Source: an uncultured Candidatus Actinomarina sp. (lineage in GTDB: Bacteria > Actinomycetota > Acidimicrobiia > Actinomarinales > Actinomarinaceae). Taken from it: 64,000 nucleotides of DNA. The notes below the pieces were generated by a model that saw only the letters and a program-made list of their open reading frames with translations, was not told the DNA's origin and ran no database searches. The translations under genes and the position numbers were made by a program. The stretch spans positions 64,094 through 128,093 of the forward strand of contig CACDQN010000002.1 of NCBI GenBank assembly GCA_902555055.1, given 5' to 3'. This document shows, one piece after another, positions 1 to 7,796 of this stretch. Each line of letters starts with the position of its first letter. Position 1 is the first letter of the stretch.

Positions 1-876
1 TAGTTCATAAAGTGAAACTAACCCTGTCTCCATTCCTCCCCAGTAAGCTTCAGCTACAAATTCATCATTAATGATAGATTCAACTACATCAACATAATAT
101 GGACCCCAGTCCCAGACAGGTGCTGTTACGAATGCTCCAGGAGCAGCGTCTTGTCCATATGCAGTATTGTAAGAAATCCACTTTGCACCGGCAGCTTCTG
201 CTGCGATACCTGTAGATGGTGAATCTTGATGTTGTGCTAATACATCTACTCCAGTTTCAAGTAGTGCATTTGCAGCTTGAGTTTCAGCTTCAGGGCCAAA
301 CCAAGTAAATGTCCACACAACTTCAACGGTTGCATCTGGGTTTACTTCTTTTACTCCTGTTGCAAAAGCATTAATTCCCCTGATTACTTCAGGAATAGGA
401 AATGCAGCAACATAACCTATTTTGTTAGATTCTGTCATTGCACCTGCAGCTAAACCTGAAAGATATCTTGGTTGATACATTTTTCCGAAATAATTTCCAA
501 AGTTTGTATCATTTTTAAGATAACCAGAGCAATGTAAGAAAATGACATCCGGATATTCTTCTGCCATTTCAGCCATTGCATCTAAATAGCCGAATGTTGT
601 TCCAAATATTATATTGTAACCTTGTTCAATATAAGCTTCAGCAACTGTTCTAAATTCTGTAGCATCTTCTGGAACTAGCTCTGTGTAAGCTGTTTCAATT
701 CCAGTTTGTTCTACAAGATATTGTCTCCCTACATCGTGTGCTTGTGACCAGCCGCCATCGTCTGCTGGACCTACATACACAAATGCAGCTTTGTAATCAT
801 CTACGTCTGCGGCTCCCCCGCAGGCCATAGCAAGAATACTGATAATAATTAGGCCTACCGCCCAACTTCTTCGCAT
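1..876 (-). CDS. BMP-family (PnrA/Med-like) ABC-transporter substrate-binding lipoprotein; 3' end runs off the window
   Basis: Absent from the ORF track because there is no stop in the window. My translation from ATG 874-876 is MRRSWAVGLIIISILAMACGGAADV (signal peptide plus lipobox LAMAC). It continues KAAFVYVGPADDGGWSQAHD and GYVAAFPIPEVIRGINAF, typical of BMP/nucleoside-binding proteins. AAGGAGG Shine-Dalgarno on the complement of 881-888. Confidence 0.8.
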   Translation of the reverse strand, partial: MRRSWAVGLIIISILAMACGGAADVDDYKAAFVYVGPADDGGWSQAHDVGRQYLVEQTGIETAYTELVPEDATEFRTVAEAYIEQGYNIIFGTTFGYLDAMAEMAEEYPDVIFLHCSGYLKNDTNFGNYFGKMYQPRYLSGLAAGAMTESNKIGYVAAFPIPEVIRGINAFATGVKEVNPDATVEVVWTFTWFGPEAETQAANALLETGVDVLAQHQDSPSTGIAAEAAGAKWISYNTAYGQDAAPGAFVTAPVWDWGPYYVDVVESIINDEFVAEAYWGGMETGLVSLYEL

Positions 877-1011
877 CCTTACCTCCTTTTCATGATTTCA
901 TTATAGAACAAGCTCTTATTACGCTATTTATTTTGAGAGGAATAATTTACAAAAATAATTTATTTTTCACATGTTCACTTTTAATACTTTGATAAAATTA
1001 ACACTTACAAA

Positions 1012-1476
1012 ATGGAAAAATTAATTTATACATGGGAAGAGCAAATTTCTGATACAAACATGATTTGTGATCAAATTGAAAAAGACGAATTTACTCCCGA
1101 TGTAATTGTTGGAATAAGTAGAGGTGGATTAATTCCAGGTGTTATGATTTCTCATAAATTAAATGTACCTTTTAAACCAGTTCATGCATCTACACGTGAC
1201 TTCCCTCACTGGGAAAATTACCTTCCAAAACCTAATGATTCAAAAGTATTAATTGTTGATGATATTTGCGATAGTGGTGAGACTTTTGAAAAGTTGTCTC
1301 ATTACATTAAAGAAAACATAAATCATGAATGCGATGTTAGATTCTCTGCTTTATGGTGGAATAACGAGTGTGACTTTGAACCACACTACTACACTAGAGA
1401 TCTTGCTAAAGATACAGAAGATGTCTGGATATTTTTTCCACATGAAAATTGGTGGGAAGAGGGATCAATTAGTTAG
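1012..1476 (+). CDS. Purine phosphoribosyltransferase, Gpt-like
   Basis: 154 aa. PRPP loop VLIVDDICDSGET and GISRGGLIPG. Colinear with E. coli Gpt as I recall it. Divergent from the nucleoside-type binding protein. Confidence 0.7.
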   Translation: MEKLIYTWEEQISDTNMICDQIEKDEFTPDVIVGISRGGLIPGVMISHKLNVPFKPVHASTRDFPHWENYLPKPNDSKVLIVDDICDSGETFEKLSHYIKENINHECDVRFSALWWNNECDFEPHYYTRDLAKDTEDVWIFFPHENWWEEGSIS

Positions 1477-1878
1477 TTTTTTTGAAAATTCCTTAATCAT
1501 TCTTAACATGCTGAAAGCACCATTTCTTCTTGCGGGACTTAAAATTACTCCTAACTCAAACTCTTCCATCAAGTCTATTTCTGAATCAGCAATATCTTGG
1601 GCGGATTCATCAGAATAAATTGTTGCAATTAATGTAACAAGGCCTTTAGCAATTAAAGCGTCAGAGTCACTCTTGAAGTGTAGCTTTTCTTCTTTTTCTT
1701 CTGGGACTAACCACACTTGGCTTTGACAACCATTGACTTTAAACTCATCAATTCGAAGTTCAGGAGGAAAGTCTTCATTTAATTTTGCTTGTTCAATTAA
1801 ATACTGATATTTTTCCTGTGGATTCGGGAAAAGGGAGAGGGTTTTCTTATATTTCTCTACTTTTGCTTCAATACTCAT
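1465..1878 (-). CDS. sufE: Cysteine desulfuration (sulfur acceptor) protein SufE
   Basis: 137 aa. Persulfide-acceptor motif NGCQSQVWL, plus DSDALIAKGL. Immediately downstream of sufS. Confidence 0.85.
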   Translation of the reverse strand: MSIEAKVEKYKKTLSLFPNPQEKYQYLIEQAKLNEDFPPELRIDEFKVNGCQSQVWLVPEEKEEKLHFKSDSDALIAKGLVTLIATIYSDESAQDIADSEIDLMEEFELGVILSPARRNGAFSMLRMIKEFSKKLTN

Positions 1879-1880
1879 AA

Positions 1881-3101
1881 TTATCTTAGAATTTTTAAAC
1901 TTTCTTCAATTGCATTTGCTAAAGTATCAAAATCTTTTTCGTCATTATATATGTAACCTGTAGCTCGAAAAGTTGCGTCAATCTTTAATTTCCTATGAAA
2001 AGGCTGTACGCAATGATGTCCTGCTCTTACAGCAACACCATATGTATCGAGCATTAATGAAATATCTGTAGCATGCGCTCCGTCAACACTCATCGCAAAT
2101 GTACATCCTGCATTTTCTGAATCTGTATGGATAATATTTAAGCCATTAATTTTTTCTAAACTATTTTTTGCATAAAGTCTTAAATGATCTGAATGCTTTT
2201 GAACTTCGGCCATCGTTAAGTCTGATAGATAGTCAACAGCAGCACCAAGACCGATTGCCTCTACATAAGGAGGCGTACCTGCTTCAAATTTATGAGGAAT
2301 TGGTGCCCATGTAGCCTTATCATAATAAACTTCTTCAATCATATCCCCACCTCCATAGACGGGATCCATATTTTCTAGAAGCTCTTTTTTACCCCATACA
2401 ACACCTATTCCAGTTGGTCCCAACATTTTATGTCCGGAGACACATAAAAAATCTATTCCCAATTCTTGTACATCGACTTCTCTATGTGGTACCAATTGTG
2501 CTCCATCAAGAATAAATAAAGCTTCAGTCTTATTTTTTATAAGATTGCTTATAGTTTTTATATCGGGAAGCATTCCAGAAATATTTGATTCTCCGACCAA
2601 AGAAACAATTTTGGTCTTTTCTGTTAGTTGAGATTCTAGATGGTTCATATCTAAATTAAAATTATCATCAACATTTACATATTTGATTATTAGTCCATAT
2701 CTGTCTGAAGCCATTTGCCATGGAATTATATTTGCGTGATGTTCAATTTCTGAAAGTAGGATTTCATCACCTTCTGATAAGTTTTTACATAAAGAGTTAG
2801 CAAGTAAATTGAATCCTTCAGTACATCCTTTTGTAAAAACAATTTCATCTGGTGAATTTGCATTGATAAATTTTTTAAATTTATTTCTAACATCTTCGTA
2901 TTTAGTTGTTGTCTCAGAAGACAAGACATATGTACCTCTATGGACATTTGCATTATTTTGTTTATAGACTTCTGACATAGAATCTATAACAATGTTCGGC
3001 TTTTGGGAAGTGGCACCTGAATCAAGATAAGTAAGTTCTTTCCCATTAATTAATCTTTGAAAAATAGGGAAGTCTTTTTTAATTTTGCTTACTTGTTTCA
3101 T
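1881..3101 (-). CDS. sufS: Cysteine desulfurase SufS
   Basis: 406 aa. PLP-lysine motif SGHKMLGPTGIG and catalytic Cys loop RAGHHCVQP. Confidence 0.9.
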   Translation of the reverse strand: MKQVSKIKKDFPIFQRLINGKELTYLDSGATSQKPNIVIDSMSEVYKQNNANVHRGTYVLSSETTTKYEDVRNKFKKFINANSPDEIVFTKGCTEGFNLLANSLCKNLSEGDEILLSEIEHHANIIPWQMASDRYGLIIKYVNVDDNFNLDMNHLESQLTEKTKIVSLVGESNISGMLPDIKTISNLIKNKTEALFILDGAQLVPHREVDVQELGIDFLCVSGHKMLGPTGIGVVWGKKELLENMDPVYGGGDMIEEVYYDKATWAPIPHKFEAGTPPYVEAIGLGAAVDYLSDLTMAEVQKHSDHLRLYAKNSLEKINGLNIIHTDSENAGCTFAMSVDGAHATDISLMLDTYGVAVRAGHHCVQPFHRKLKIDATFRATGYIYNDEKDFDTLANAIEESLKILR

Positions 3102-3823
3102 AAATAGGATTCATAACCTTGTTCTTCGAGCTTGTTAGATAGTTCTAGACCACCTGATTCCACGATAGTGCCATCTACAAAAACGTGAACAAAATCAGGT
3201 TTTATATACTGAAGTAATCTCTGATAGTGTGTTACAACTAAGTATCCTTTATCACTTGTTTTCAATTTCGATACACCTTCACCAACTACTTTAAGTCCAT
3301 CAACATCAAGACCAGAATCAGTTTCATCTAATACAGCTAATTTAGGATTAAGGACTGCTAATTGTAATATTTCATTTCTTTTTCTTTCGCCTCCAGAAAA
3401 TCCCTCATTTAAATATCTATCAGCAAAGTCTGCTGTGAGACCTAACTGCTCCATGGCTTCTGCAACTTTTAACCGAAGTTCTAATGTCGTATATTCTGTT
3501 CCCTCAATATTTGTTAATGCTGTTTTGAGCATATTTACAATTGTTACACCGGGTATGGACTCAGGATATTGAAAAGCTAAAAACATACCAAGTTTTGCCC
3601 TATTGTCAACAGGCTCTTCAGTTATGTCATTTCCTTCAAACTCAACACTTCCTTTTGTAATTTCATAAACTGGGTTACCCATTACAACATTTGCTAAGGT
3701 AGATTTTCCTGAACCATTAGGGCCCATAATTGCGTGTACTTCACCTGGGTTAATATTTAAATTAATACCTTTTAATATTTCAACGCCTTCAACACTTGCA
3801 TGTAAATTTTTAATTTTTAACAT
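3098..3823 (-). CDS. sufC: Fe-S cluster assembly ATPase SufC
   Basis: Walker A GPNGSGKST, signature FSGGERKR, Walker B LAVLDETDSGLD. Start moved to MLKIKNLHASVEG (ATG, complement of 3821-3823). The 27 extra N-terminal codons in the ORF track are low-complexity. Confidence 0.9.
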   Translation of the reverse strand: MLKIKNLHASVEGVEILKGINLNINPGEVHAIMGPNGSGKSTLANVVMGNPVYEITKGSVEFEGNDITEEPVDNRAKLGMFLAFQYPESIPGVTIVNMLKTALTNIEGTEYTTLELRLKVAEAMEQLGLTADFADRYLNEGFSGGERKRNEILQLAVLNPKLAVLDETDSGLDVDGLKVVGEGVSKLKTSDKGYLVVTHYQRLLQYIKPDFVHVFVDGTIVESGGLELSNKLEEQGYESYL

Positions 3824-3898
3824 ATATCTATAGTAATTATGATTGAAAACAACTTGAATATGATTAGCGAAATAAAAATAAAAAATTACAATTAGATA

Positions 3899-5020
3899 AT
3901 GCAATTTACATTAAGTGATATACAAAACGACATAAAAGAAAATTCGACTAAGTTACTAAAAGAGAATATTGATTTACTCGATACAATTCAAAAAGTTGAT
4001 GAAAATTGTAGAATTGATGAAAAGATTTGGAAGCTAGTATTAGAGCAGGGTTGGCTAGGACTTGATGTTCCTGAATCAGATGGAGGTCTAGGTTTTTCCT
4101 TAACGGATACTTCAATTCTTTCAGAAGCTCTTGGTTATTACATGCCAATAGTCCCTGTCTTTAGTTCTGGAGTTGTTTTTAAGAATTTAATTCTAAATTC
4201 TAATGATGAGATAAAAAATTCGATTCTTCCAGAAATTATAACTGGAGACAAGATTGGCACTTTTGCAATCTATGAAAATGATAAATATTCAATTGATCAT
4301 GACAATTTACATACAAATTTAGTTAAAAATAGCGAAGGCTATGTGCTTAATGGAACAAAAAAATATGTTATGTTTGGAGATGTTTCTGATTATTTTGCAA
4401 TACTAGCAAAATATAATGACTCTTTTAAAATGATCTTACTTTCAAAAGGGTCAGAAGGCTTAGATATTAAAGAAACAACCTCATTAGATCAAACTAGGCC
4501 AATGTGTGAATTATCTATGTCAGATATCAAGATAGAAGAACATCATATAATGATTGAATCTTCAGATACATTAGATGTATGGGAAAAAGTTAAAAACATT
4601 GCACTCAGTTTTCTTGCCATGGAACAAGTTGGAGGCTCTCAAGCATGTCTTGATATGTCGACAACATACGCAAAGGAAAGAATCCAATTTGGAAGACCTA
4701 TAGGATCTTTTCAAGCAATCCAACATATATGTGCAAATATGTTACTTCAGTTGGAAAGTGCTAAATCAGTTGCATACAGTGCAGTAAGAACAGATTTAAG
4801 TGATGGCTTAGAAATGGAAATGAGTTCTCTAATAGCAAAATCATATTGTTCAGAGGTATTTAATAAATTAGCTGGTGACAATATTCAAGTGCATGGAGGA
4901 ATAGGTTTTACTTGGGAACACCCTGCACATTTATATTTTAAAAAGGCAAAATCTGATTCACTACTTTTAGGAACACCAAAATTAGCAAGAGATAGAATTG
5001 CTGAATTATTGAGTCTGTAA
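3899..5020 (+). CDS. Acyl-CoA dehydrogenase family protein
   Basis: 373 aa. ERIQFGRPIGSFQAIQH and QVHGGIGFTWEHPAHLYFKKA are typical of the ACAD C-terminal domain. Confidence 0.8.
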   Translation: MQFTLSDIQNDIKENSTKLLKENIDLLDTIQKVDENCRIDEKIWKLVLEQGWLGLDVPESDGGLGFSLTDTSILSEALGYYMPIVPVFSSGVVFKNLILNSNDEIKNSILPEIITGDKIGTFAIYENDKYSIDHDNLHTNLVKNSEGYVLNGTKKYVMFGDVSDYFAILAKYNDSFKMILLSKGSEGLDIKETTSLDQTRPMCELSMSDIKIEEHHIMIESSDTLDVWEKVKNIALSFLAMEQVGGSQACLDMSTTYAKERIQFGRPIGSFQAIQHICANMLLQLESAKSVAYSAVRTDLSDGLEMEMSSLIAKSYCSEVFNKLAGDNIQVHGGIGFTWEHPAHLYFKKAKSDSLLLGTPKLARDRIAELLSL

Positions 5021-5075
5021 TTTGAATAGACTAAATCGGTTTGAACATCACAGATATGTTGGTCTTAGGTTAAAT

Positions 5076-5225
5076 ATGAAGGTTTATGATTGTGATAATC
5101 AGTTACAGTTCGAAAAACTAAATAATAAAATAGGTGATACTGATTACATTGGATTAAATTTAATTCAATCCTTTTCACCAGATTCTTTAGATGAAGCTAA
5201 AAATAGGGGTTTTAAACCTCTTTAG
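5076..5225 (+). CDS. Hypothetical small protein (49 aa from the ATG; the ORF track extends to TTG 5022)
   Basis: Only open frame in the 191-nt gap between the convergent ACAD and MBL genes. No motif recognised. May not be a gene. Confidence 0.15.
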   Translation: MKVYDCDNQLQFEKLNNKIGDTDYIGLNLIQSFSPDSLDEAKNRGFKPL

Positions 5226-6177
5226 TTTTTGACCAGTGAGAGATATTATGTATTTCTTCTTGCTTAACCTTTCCTGAGTTTTCAAGATATTTTAAGTGAG
5301 CCATAGTTTCTTGGAAAGCTAACCGTAAATTCATATCATCCAACTTTCTTGGAAAGACATTATTTACCATTTCCCATCCAGTAAAGCTTTTCTCTTCAAG
5401 TATTGTTAAAATTTTTTCAGAACGTCGCTTATGATGAAGTTTCATTTGCTTTATACGATTATGTGGTTCTGAAATTAAATCACCATGTCCAGGTGCAATT
5501 ATATCGTGTTTTATTTTCTCAACCTTGTCTAAGGATTCAGTATATTTTGCCAACATATCACTGTCTTTACTTTCAGTTGGAATAAATGGCGTAATTTTTG
5601 GAAGTATATGGTCTCCTGAAAATATAATTTTTGAAGCTGTATCGTGTAATGAGATTTCAGTAATGTCATGACCTGGTGTAAATAATGTTTCTATATCTCG
5701 ATTAAGATTTTTTATTCTCCCTTCTTCAAGGAGAACATCAGGTCTACTTACTTTCCCTGCATAAATAGGTGTTTGTATTTCAGAAATGTTATTTACGAAA
5801 CTTTTTGGTGCACCTTGTGTAATTGCATAATTTTTTAATTCTTTAAAGCGAATAGTCCAATCATTGTATTTATCCAAATAATCAATTGAATTTTTATACA
5901 AAGCAAATGGAATACCTTCTTCTCTAATTTTTTCAGATAAACCAATATGGTCAGAATGCATATGAGTACCAATTAATAATTTGATTTCATTAAATTTTAT
6001 ATTTATTTCACGAAATTTTTTAGAAAGAAGTTCAAAATAATGATCTCCATTAACTCCACAGTCAATCATAATAAAACCATCTGTGTCATCTATTAAATAC
6101 ACATTTACGAAACCCGGAGAGCTCCAAGGAAGCTCTAAGGGTATATGGTATATTCCATCTTTTATTTTGAATGTCAT
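5212..6177 (-). CDS. MBL-fold metallo-hydrolase
   Basis: 321 aa. HxHxDH motif GTHMHSDHIG, with later TPGHD and APGHG metal-ligand motifs. Confidence 0.8.
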   Translation of the reverse strand: MTFKIKDGIYHIPLELPWSSPGFVNVYLIDDTDGFIMIDCGVNGDHYFELLSKKFREINIKFNEIKLLIGTHMHSDHIGLSEKIREEGIPFALYKNSIDYLDKYNDWTIRFKELKNYAITQGAPKSFVNNISEIQTPIYAGKVSRPDVLLEEGRIKNLNRDIETLFTPGHDITEISLHDTASKIIFSGDHILPKITPFIPTESKDSDMLAKYTESLDKVEKIKHDIIAPGHGDLISEPHNRIKQMKLHHKRRSEKILTILEEKSFTGWEMVNNVFPRKLDDMNLRLAFQETMAHLKYLENSGKVKQEEIHNISHWSKTKEV

Positions 6178-6181
6178 AAAA

Positions 6182-6268
6182 TTAGAATGTTATTAGCCAT
6201 ATGCCAAAAGATACCAATATGAATAAACCTGTTATCAGTGAGGCAATTATTAAATGTCTAGTTTGCAT
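6182..6268 (-). CDS. Possible 28-aa hydrophobic micro-protein
   Basis: My translation is MQTRHLIIASLITGLFILVSFGIWLITF*. One predicted TM helix. The stop is 4 nt before the MBL hydrolase start. Below the ORF-track size cutoff. Confidence 0.2.
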   Translation of the reverse strand: MQTRHLIIASLITGLFILVSFGIWLITF

Positions 6269-6431
6269 AGTTACATTGTAACGATTTTAAACGCAATCTT
6301 AATTTTGAACTTTATCTAAAGTTTAGTAAATTGAAAGGTGAAAATAACAATAATCATTTTTCTTGGGAACCCCAAAATAGAATGTAGTTATTATCTCGAT
6401 TAGATAGAAACCCTATCTGGAAAGAGGTAAT

Positions 6432-7796
6432 TTGAAAAAATTAACCATAATTGGTGGAGGGCCGGCTGGTTACGCTGCTGCTCTCTATGCAACTAATTTC
6501 GATATAGAGGTAACTCTGATTGAGTCAGATACTCTAGGTGGAACTTGTTTAAATCGAGGTTGCATACCAGCAAAATATTGGCTTCATGTAGCTGAACTTA
6601 ATCACGAAATAGATACATCAAATGAATTTGGTATTGAAATTAAAGATAAAAACATTAACTGGCAACAAACTGCCCAGAAGAGATTTGATACTGTTAATAA
6701 ATTAGTTAGTGGTATTGGAATGTTACTTAAGTCTAAAAAGGTAACCGTAGTAGAAGGCTGGGGTTCAATTAAAGATAAAAATACAGTAAATGTAAAAAAA
6801 CAAGATGGTGATGAGGTTGATATTACTTCAGACTTTATACTTATAGCAACCGGATCTAAACCACGAGAAATACCAAATATTAAAGTTGATGAAAAATTTA
6901 TTATTACATCTGATACAGCTCTTAATTGGGAAGAGCCGCCAAAAAAAGTTTGCGTAATTGGTGCAGGAGCAATTGGTTGTGAATTTGCCAGTCTTTTGAA
7001 TGATTTGGGTTCGCAAGTTACAGTCGTTGAATTGGCAAAAGAAATACTTCCAGGCTTAGATAAAAGAACATCAGGAGAGCTAAGAAAACAACTTACTAAA
7101 CGTGGTGTTGATTTCAAACTCTCTACTTCAGTGACAGAAATAAAAGATTCAAAAGTAGTTTTCTCAGATGAAGAAAATGCTGAATTTGATTGCGTACTAG
7201 TTGCCGTAGGAAGATCTCCGCTCACTGAAAATATTGGAATAGATCAAAATGGCATTAAGTCAAGTAACGGTTATATAGAGGTAAATTTAGAAACGCTTCA
7301 GACTAATGTATCAAATATCTATGCTTTGGGGGATATAGTTTCTGGAACTCCTCAACTTGCACATGTTGCTTTTGCAGAAGCAATTAGTGCTGTTACCCAT
7401 ATCGCTACAGGTAAAAGTAGTCCAATTAATTACAAAGCTATACCATATGTAGTTTATACAAGACCGGAGCTTGCTGAAGTAGGAATAAACTCTGACACAG
7501 CTAAAGAACAGGGTATAGTCATAAAACAAGCTCAACATAGCTTTGTGGGTATAGGTAGGGCATTAATTCAAAATCAAAACCAAGGTATCGTTAAAGTTTA
7601 CTCAGAAGAAGATGGACCTATCATTGGGGCTAGCGTTTGTGGACCTGCTGCTGGTGAGATGATACATGAACTTATGTATATGGTAGGTTGGGAAGCCTTA
7701 CCAAGTGAAGCTTCAGAATTCATACATGCACATCCAACACTGAGTGAAGCTATTGGAGAATCATTATTAAGTTTGAATGGTAAGGGGTTACATTAA
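6432..7796 (+). CDS. lpd: Dihydrolipoyl dehydrogenase (E3)
   Basis: 454 aa, TTG start. FAD motif IIGGGPAGY, redox disulfide GGTCLNRGCIPAK, C-terminal HAHPTLSE. Confidence 0.9.
   Translation: MKKLTIIGGGPAGYAAALYATNFDIEVTLIESDTLGGTCLNRGCIPAKYWLHVAELNHEIDTSNEFGIEIKDKNINWQQTAQKRFDTVNKLVSGIGMLLKSKKVTVVEGWGSIKDKNTVNVKKQDGDEVDITSDFILIATGSKPREIPNIKVDEKFIITSDTALNWEEPPKKVCVIGAGAIGCEFASLLNDLGSQVTVVELAKEILPGLDKRTSGELRKQLTKRGVDFKLSTSVTEIKDSKVVFSDEENAEFDCVLVAVGRSPLTENIGIDQNGIKSSNGYIEVNLETLQTNVSNIYALGDIVSGTPQLAHVAFAEAISAVTHIATGKSSPINYKAIPYVVYTRPELAEVGINSDTAKEQGIVIKQAQHSFVGIGRALIQNQNQGIVKVYSEEDGPIIGASVCGPAAGEMIHELMYMVGWEALPSEASEFIHAHPTLSEAIGESLLSLNGKGLH

Noticed and set aside
3824-3904. N-terminal extension of SufC (MHYLIVIFYFYFANH...).
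   Set aside because: It is low-complexity, has no SufC counterpart and overlaps the start of the divergent ACAD gene. The conserved N-terminus begins at MLKIKNL.
6602-7225. Large antisense ORFs inside real genes. Examples are the 207-aa ORF in lpd, 9812-10063 in E2, 20740-21354 in the PBP, 35261-36160 in ahcY and 53167-54018 in the ABC exporter.
   Set aside because: Each lies wholly within, and antisense or out of frame to, a gene with strong family motifs. Their Ser/Thr/Pro/Phe-rich, motif-free translations are typical of shadow frames.
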